NCBI GenBank assembly: GCA_027319565.1
Contig: DAHVNA010000004.1
Location: forward strand, 25,522-89,521
Direction of reading: 5' to 3'
DNA: 64,000 bases
Origin: Elusimicrobiota bacterium
GTDB lineage: Bacteria; Elusimicrobiota; Elusimicrobia; UBA1565; UBA9628
The number at the start of each line of letters is the position of its first letter. The first letter of the stretch is position 1. This document shows positions 9,101 to 18,100 of this stretch, in pieces. The notes below the pieces were generated by a model. The model ran no database searches. It worked only from the letters and a program-made list of their open reading frames with translations, and was not told where the DNA came from. The translations under genes and the position numbers were made by a program.

Positions 9101-12100
9101 CGAAGCCTCTTCCGCCGTTCAAGTCTTTACCTCGATTCAAAGCGTTTTGCCGTCTTTGATGGGGACCATCGCCTCTCATGAGGGAGTGGCGAGCGGAAGT
9201 TTTGACGCGGAGGCGCAGGCTTTGGCGTCCAAATTCCAACTTCGTTTATCCGAATTAGGCCAAGTCTCTTATTGGCGTACTAATGGAAATCCCAATGATC
9301 CGTCGGCTTTTTCGCTGAAAGGATTTAAAAATATCCTTTCAGAGGTTCAAAGCAATCTTCAATTGGCGCAAAATGGTCTTAGTGAGATTCAAACCGCTCC
9401 GGTCAATGCCTGGGCCCTGATCATTAAAGATGTTCCGGGGGGACCGGGAATTTCCAATTCGATGAGTTTGTCCGAGGTTTTAAGCGCGAGAAAATCTTAT
9501 TGGGAAGGGCAGATGCAGACCTTCCAGCAAGATCTTAACTCGGTTCAAGCCATGCTGGACCCGAACAATCAGACGATGCTGACAGATGAGTTTGGGAGAT
9601 CTTATCCGCAGTCTCTTCCAGTTTGGGAATCCCAAGCCAGTCAGACCTTAAACCAAGCGCAATCTTCCATTAATTCCATCACCTCTCAGATGGATCAATT
9701 GTCTTCCCAGATCACCCAAGCCGGAGGCACGGCCCTGCCCCAGCTGTCGGGGCTTTCCCTTGCCCAGCTTCAGACTGCGGTTCAAAGCTATGGGACGGCC
9801 CTTGAAAACATCCAGATTCCCAACAATGGAACCCCGCAGGCCTTTCAGGCTTCTCTGGACTTAGTCAAGCTTGCTTCTCTTTTGCCGCAAGCGGCATGGC
9901 TGGTCATCCAGGGAAGCGAGGCGCAGACGACCGTGACCACCATTCAAAACGCGCTCCAAAATACCGTTCCCCAGGCCCAAAGCGCGATGAAACAAGCGGT
10001 CAACATGGTGCAAAATATCATTAACGACGTGGATGCAGATCAGGCCTTCGTGGCGCAATTTCCCAGCGCGAACGCCAATCCCCAACCCTCTCAAGCCCAA
10101 GAACAGGCCCTGATTAGCCGCAAGGAAAATCTGCTCCAAAACGACATTATCACTCCTTTGACCGCCATTCAAGGCGCGGTGGAAAATACCCTGATTCCCT
10201 ATCAAGAGTCTTCCATTCAACAGGTGTCCCAGAACGGGGATTATCAAGAGCTTTTTAGCGCCGAAAATTCGCTGATTACCCAAACCATGCAGTTAAACGA
10301 TAAGACAATTCCCTGGGGACTCATCTCTTTTGGCGGCAGTCCCGGAAATACGAGCGGGAGTTTGGCGAGCCTGCAAAGCTGGCAGACGAATTTTTCAAAT
10401 CTTCTTCAAACGGTGACAACCGATAAGACCCAGGTCGATCAAAGACAAGATCCGAATTTCAACGGAAATGAGACGGTCGATTATTTGAAAGACAGTAATT
10501 ATCCCGGCGGCGGGCCTTATAGCTTGCCCAAAAAAATTACGCTCTACACCGCCGAGATGAATCAGCGCGCCCAACAAATTAACACTCAAGACGCGCAAGT
10601 CAATCAAATCCTGACAAAAATCCAGGCCCTGTCGGGTGGAAAGTATAATCTCTCGGCCTATCAATTGCCCACGAATGTTCCCGCCAATCAAGCGGGATAC
10701 AATCAAATTAACGGCTTGGTCAATAATGGAAATTTGACGAATTTGGCCACCCAGCTTCAAAATATCGCCAAGCAAGCCGGTTCGGCGTCTTCAATTAATG
10801 TCGGTGGGGGGGGCTTGGCAGTTAAGACCGGAAATCAGCCGTCGCCGACTGTTTCAAACGCGCAAGAGCTCGCTCTCTTGGCTTTGGATGCGGCTAAAAT
10901 TTTAGCGCCTTCTCCCGGAAGCAGCCCTAATTCTCCGTCGATTTCTTTCTCAATTGCTCGCTTTCTTTACTCCTATTCGACTGTTCAAAGTTCGCAACAG
11001 GAACTCGCGACCGAAATTCCGCAGGCGGAAAAATTCCTGACCGACGCGATTAACGCCTTAAATAACGCCCAAGCGCAATTAAAACAAGACCAGGCCTATA
11101 TCAACTCCGGGGGAAATAGCCCGCCGACCAACACGGTCTATCAAAATCAAATCGCGATGCTGAACTCTCTTCAGTCGGTTCTTCAAGAGGGAATGGCTTT
11201 TTTTAATCTCAAGATCAATACCTATGACCCCGAATCCTTGGGCACGGTCAACGAAGTCGCGACCTATTACAACGCTTTGGCTAATCAAGTTTACGGTTCA
11301 GGGAGTACCGTCGATCAAGGGGATCTCACGGCAATGAATTCGATGATGAGCGCCCTTCAAAATACGATGAACGGGCTTAATCAGACCAAATCAGAGCTTT
11401 TGTCTTGGATGGGACAGCTAAACAGCCCTTATGACAGCGCGCTGCGGAGAACCTCGGACGCGATTTCCCAGATTCAAGACGATACGCGCAAGGTGCTTGA
11501 ATCCAATCACAAATGGACCAAATTAAAAAAACAACTCTCGCGCGCGGACCAAATCCTTAAGGCGGATATGGATTTAATTCAGGATAAGCAGGGAGAGTTG
11601 ACCCATTTGATTGGCAATTTGCATGACGATGGATGGGACCGCTTGCCCAATCATATCAAGAAAGAAGTCGCTTCCCTTCACTTAAGCGATTCCGGGTGGG
11701 GGATGGGGCTTAACTCTTCTTCCGGAGCTTCGGCTCTGGTCATCAAAAAATCGAGTTTCCCGGATTTCGTCCACAATATTCTCTCAAGCTTGTCAGGAGG
11801 CCAAAATGCCTCGTCGGCCGATATTGGATCTTTGGGGCAAAGCATTTTGTCTAATCCTCAAAATATTTCCCAGTTGATTCCTGGGGCGCAGATCATGAAC
11901 CTGGGAGATTCAGCGGATGGGTTTTATCTCGTCTATCAGACCGGGTTTGGCGTTCCTTATGGTCTCAGTTCGACGGAACAAGTGACCTTGGGAAATGTCG
12001 CCCATGTGATGGGAAGTAATTTAAGCGTGATGGCATATGATACCTATGCTCCGCCCGAAACCGGCGGGGCTTCAAACGCTCCGTGGGGAGATAAGGGTAT

Positions 12101-15100
12101 CGGCGTTCAGGTCGAGACCTTGCGCGAAAACGACGTCAATTATTTTGAGGCCATCATTCACCACGATATTCTGGACGTTCCGCCCAACATGTCGTTTGCC
12201 TCTCAGGCAAACGAGTCGCGGCTTCTTCTCTTCGATGATTATGCCCTTCTTTTGATGAATGGAAAGCTTTATGTCGGCTTGTCCGGTTTTGGAGACGCGG
12301 CGGCTCAAAATTCCGCCAATCAACCTTATTATTACGGCGCGAACGCTAAGACCTCGATTCAGCTGACTCCGGTGATGAGCTTAAACGCCGATCAGCAGGC
12401 CTTGTTCGCCAAAGACCCGCGGCAATTTTTCGAGACCGCCAATCTCGATTTTACCGGTCTTGATCCGAGTCTGAACCAAACCTTCGACATCGCCGCGCAT
12501 GGAGCGAGCGCGAACTTCTATGAAACCAAGGTCGGACCTAAGTTTGACGTGGCTTCTCTTCTTAAACAGGCGGGGGTGGTTTCAAAAAGCGACAATAATC
12601 CGTTCACGGTTGATCTTTACTATGCCAATTACGCCGGGACTTACGACATTACGCAGCAAACCTTGGGCACGACCATTTTAAAGGGATTCGCTATTTATGG
12701 CCAGGATGATTCAGGTAAGCGCGTTCCCATTGTTAATATCACCAATACCGCGACCGGAGAACTGGGACAACAATATAATATCGCCATCGATCAGCTTTCG
12801 GTCGAGCTTCCCCAAAATGGAATTGTGTTTAGCGCCGAGGGCCAAATGCTGGGGCCGGCCGACGCCTATTATGCGCAGATCGGTAAGAAACTCAATGGAC
12901 ATTCCGATGTGTCTATCGGCTACGGTTCCCCGTTTGTGGGATACAACAATCGCTTATCCTTGATGTTTAACACTTCGGCGAGCCTCTCTCAGCTTTGGAA
13001 TGACGTGACCCGCAGCGCTTCCGAGGATTTAAACGGCGGCAAAGCCCTCAAAAACTATCAAAAGCGGATGACTGATTTCCTTAAGCCTCAAAAAGGCCAG
13101 AAAGAGCTCAATGAACTTAAATCGGTTTTCGCAAAAGATGTCGGCAGAAGACTGATCGAACAAAAAATCGGGACCTTGGATCACGATATTAAGGATTTAC
13201 GCTCGGCCGGCGCCATTTTAGACAATGTCAAGGTCATCGGAGACGCCGGCTTTGTCTCGGGTCCGGTTTCAAACGATCCCGCGGAACTTGCCGCGACCGG
13301 CGGATTTATGACCGGGACGGAAACGATGATGACCTTGAGCAAGACCCAAAAAGAGCTCTTAGACAGCAAGGTCGTTTCGCTTTATAAGAACGGGTTATTG
13401 CTCCAATCTCGTTTGGTTCAATTGACTAAGGATTGGGAGGAAAATGCCCTTCAGATCGTCAAGGCGAGGCTGGCAGTTGAGAGAGCGACGTTTCTTTTGG
13501 AAAATTCCTCCTCCGTTATTGAAAGAGAAAAGGCCAATACGCGCCTAGCGGCGGCTCTTGAAAAGTTAGGCGAGGCGCGCGTTCGCTATAACATCATGGC
13601 CGGCAAAAATCCGGATTCCGCCACTCCGTTTGACGATTTAAATCTCGCGGATGTCCAAAATTTAGTCAAGGAAATTCACTCGCTTGTAGCCGCTCCCGAT
13701 CGCTTAAAGAAGATTCTTTCGTCTTTGGATAAAACTTCTCTTAAAGACCGCATCGGACAAGACCGTTTTAACATCATGGACTGGATTCCGTTTGTGGATC
13801 AATTCACCTTTGGAATTGGAACTCAAATCCAGGATTTAATGGCGGGGCAGATTTTTGGCGTAGGTGGAACCCTGAGGCTTCCTTTCTACGATCCATCGTC
13901 TAAAGACAAGAATAAAAGCTATGTCTTGAAAAGCGCGGCCGATATCAAAGAGATGGAAGATATCCATTCTCAATACCGCTTGTTGGCTAATAACGAGAGA
14001 GAAGAAGCCGCGATTTGGGGACAGACGGCGCAGCAGATGACGAGCGCTTTGCCCCAAACCGGAAGCGATTTAGAATTCGCGCTTAAGGCTTATCGCAACG
14101 GCTTGATTTCAAGAGATGAGTTGCGCCAAGCGATTAATTTGTGGAGTCTCAATGCGCGGGCGACAGTCAATTCTCAATCCCGTGCCGCCGCCGCCGGCGC
14201 CTGGGCCGAGATGGATAGCGCGGTGGGCGAAAAACCTCCCGCGCAGGCGCCGCCGATCAGCGTCTCCAATTTGGGAGACGCCATTCAAACCGCTTTTAAG
14301 AATTCATCCCTGGAGTCTTTGGCTCTTCATCAGGAAGAGTTTCAGGCTTTGGCCAAAGCCGATAATCATGTGACCCAAAAATTCTGGATCAATTTGATGA
14401 TAGGGGCGGATCTGACCGCAACCGGAACCGGGTTTTTACCTTCTTTCGGCTTTACCGGATTTCCGATTTTGCCGATACCGGGTGCGCGTTTTCAGCCGGA
14501 AGAACTTCGCGAACTCCAAGTTTCATCGGATAAAGGCAAATCCGCCTATTACGGCGCCCTGGAATCGAAGCTGAAAATCGAGACCGCTCTTCAGATGTAT
14601 CAGGATGTGGTTCAAGCCAAAACCGCGCAATCGGTCATCGCCCAAGTGGATCAGAAGGTGATTCCGGATCTGAATGAGAAGCTTTCCCAGGCCGCAACTT
14701 CGGGCGATCGGGCGCGGATGAGCCAAATCAAAAAGGAAATTTTTAACGCCAAGTTGTGGCGCGCCCAGATGGTTTTAATTAATGACGAGGCCCATTCGGC
14801 GCTCAATGTTTTGATGGGGCGTCCGGCGGATTCCGGGCTGTCTATTGATCTGTCTCCCGAAGAAGCTTACCAACAACTTGAAGAAACGCTTAAAAATCAA
14901 AATTTGCCCGACATTCAAAAGACCATTTTTGACGCGCGCGTTCAAGTGGCCGAGGCTTACCAGAAGATGGTCGACAAAAATTTGAAGGTCCAGGAAGTTT
15001 CCGCCGATCCGATTTCTCTGACGGCTCGAACCATTGGGCGCTTAATCAACGCTTTATCAGAAGAAGATTCGGGTCGCGCCGATAAAGTGATGGCGGCGCG

Positions 15101-18100
15101 CTTGAGGCTTTTGATGGAGGAAAGGCAAAAAAATTCTTTTGATTCCAGTTTGGCCAGCCTTCGCGCGCGCAGCCAGGCGCGACTTGAGATGATTGATTCC
15201 AATATTGAGCGATTATCCGAAAAGGGAGATCCTTTGAGCTTGGCTCAGGCGCAAGAACTAAAAGGAGAAAAAGCGGTCATTAAGGCTTCTCTTCTCAGTC
15301 TCGCGGCCAAGCCTTCGGAAAAGGCTAATTCCGCTATTCTTCCAACGAGTTTCGCGGAACTTAGGCGCCGCCTGATTGACAAAGAAGAGGCCATGGTTCG
15401 CCCTCCCCGCCTAGATTCTTTGCCTTCGGCTCCCGCGCCCGGTTTGGAAAAGGCTCCGGCGGAAATGTTCATGCGCTACTTTTACGCCCAGCAAACCCTG
15501 GATGAAACTCCGATTAATCGCGGATTTTTGGAACCGTGGATTGAATTGCGGCTTAAAAATCACGATACGCCGCAAGCGGATTTAATCGCGCTGGCCAAAT
15601 TATCCCAAGACCGGGCTAATCGTTTGGATAAAATCGCACGGGAGCGCGCAGCGGCTTTAGCGGACGCGGAATTGGCGGATTTTACGGAAAATGTCCGGTT
15701 CTTGAACTGGGCAGAATCTCATCACAATGGAAAAGACAAGGCTGATTGGGACGACATGATTCATTCTATTCGACAAAAGGTCTTGTCTCAATCGGAAGAA
15801 ATCTGGGCGCTTCTCAATCTTCCAAGAGCGCAGGGACAAAGCATGGAAGAGCGCTTGCGCCTTCTGTCAAATTTAGTTCCGGAGTTTTCTGGAACGAAAT
15901 CCTCCGGTGAGTTATCCCGCTTGCTTAAGGAGATTGATTCTTCCGAGGGGAAAGCGCGCATAGCCCGCCTGTTGGGCCTTGACGCTTTTGGAGCTGGCAA
16001 TTCAAAAGACCTCTTCATGAACCAAATCCGCGCCGATGTCTTGTCGGAACATATGAGTTATCAGGGAATTACTCCGATAGCCGCCTTTGGAATTTTCCGC
16101 GGCACCCCCGTCTTTGGCGGATTTTTAGAAGCCCCCGATCCGCAGGAAATCGAGCGCGGGTTGACGAATATTTTGTCGGATTCCATCCGGGAAGAGTTAA
16201 AGGCGCAGGGGCAGTTTAAAAAGCTTGAGATGGTTCTCTATACTCAAATGGCGCGCGTTTCCGGCGGGATGAAAGAAGTTCAGGCCGATAGCCGACTATT
16301 GGCGGCGGCGACTGCGGACTTAAAACAAAAGGAGTGGACCTCCGATCATAATCCCGATTCGCTCAAGGACAAGAAAGATTTCTTGGAGGCAAAGAAAAAT
16401 TTGGTCGCGGCTTGGGGAAACCTCGTCAAAGACTCGGCGGATTTGAAATCTAATTTCGTTTCCCTGGTGGCGGAACTCAAGGCTTTGGGGCAGAAAGGAA
16501 ACTCTAAGTCTCCCGCGGCCTCTCTTAAGAATCTCAGTTTGGGGGATGAGCGCGTGCTGGAGGATCATGGACTACCGTCCACTCCTTCGGAACGCGGGCT
16601 CTTGGGCTATTGGACCGACCGCATGGAAGATCCTGATTTCATTGCCCAGCAAGACCGCTATCTTGAAGGCTTGGGAATTTCCCGGCAGATGATTGATTCT
16701 GTCGATTCCGTCGCTCGGCTTTACCGCACCGCTATTCGAGATTCCAAGGACGTAACGGCGGAAGACTTTTCCTCTCAAGAAAGGCTGCGCCTCTTAGCGC
16801 AAAACGACGCGCGCGGAAAGAGAAATCTTTTGATATTCGGGCTTTCCGCCTTAAAGACTGAAATTGAAAAAAAGGATCCGCAGTTAGGGTTTTTGCGGGG
16901 CGATTTGGAACGGCAATTGAGCCTGAGCGATCAAAAGCGGACGGAATACGCCCAGGCGGCCTTGCAGCTTCGCGATGCGTATTGGCACGCGGTTTCTGTT
17001 TCTCCGCGGGCCGAGGCCGCTTTCAAGGCTCTTGAAGCGGATCATCAAAAGTTGGTTCTGGCTAAGGATGCGTTGATTGATTCCTATTTCGCTTCGCCAT
17101 TGAAAAATGACGAGTTTATCTTGAGAGATGGGCTTTTGGATGATTATCTCAAAGCCCAGCAGGTTTTTGACGAGGACATAATCCGAACCTTGGATTTAAA
17201 GGAAGTTCAAGGCAACGCCGAGCTGATGCGCACTCTCGATGCCCTTTATGACGCTCGAAAGAGCCTCAATCGCCAGATCGACTTTAAAGAGGCGGGGCGT
17301 GGAATTCTCGCTTTAGACGCCTTGGTCATGCTTGAGAAATCTCGCCTTTTTGACGAGAGATGGGAAGGCCGTTCGGAGCGCTCCATTGACGCCGTCTCTC
17401 TTAAGATTGCGGATTTGGAAAGCAAAAAAGCCGATTGGCTCAAGCACGGTTCAAAACTTTATCCGCTCTACGCTCAAACCCGTATAGATAAGAACGGCCA
17501 TCGTCTATGGACAACGGAGAGTTGGCTTGGCCAAGATGAGTTAAAAGAGCGGATGAATCTTAAGGACACGGACAAGGATAAAATCATTGAAATTAAAGGG
17601 CGCTATTTCCTTAAGTCGGATTCCAGCGTTGAATTTCTCGGCGGGACGGACGCTTTGGAAAGGCGGAAATTGGAGGCTCAAAACGGAATGAAGAGCGATG
17701 AGAGCGCCATCGCTTTGGCGGAACGGCTGGGGAAATATGATTTTGCCCTCGAAAACGGGGAAAATGGCTATTCTGTTAAAGATCTCTTCGGCCCGACGGG
17801 GCTTTTGAGCCAAGGCAAGGTGCTTTTCTTTGAGGCTCCTGATCCAAAAGACCCGGGCCGCTTGCATTACCGGCTCCCGGCTTTGGCGGCCTGGGCGCGT
17901 TCTCCGGAGCGATATGAAATTTATGTTTATACGGGTAAAGGGGATTTGTCAACGGATAAATTTCAGACCCTTGAATCCTTGAAGTCTTCTCCGCTTAAAG
18001 GCGATTTTAATCGAGTTTACCTTTCCAAAAAAGGAGCCGTGGATTTGGCCGATTTCTTTGCCCAGCGCCGCCGCGCGGAGTTAAGAGCGGGATATGCGGA

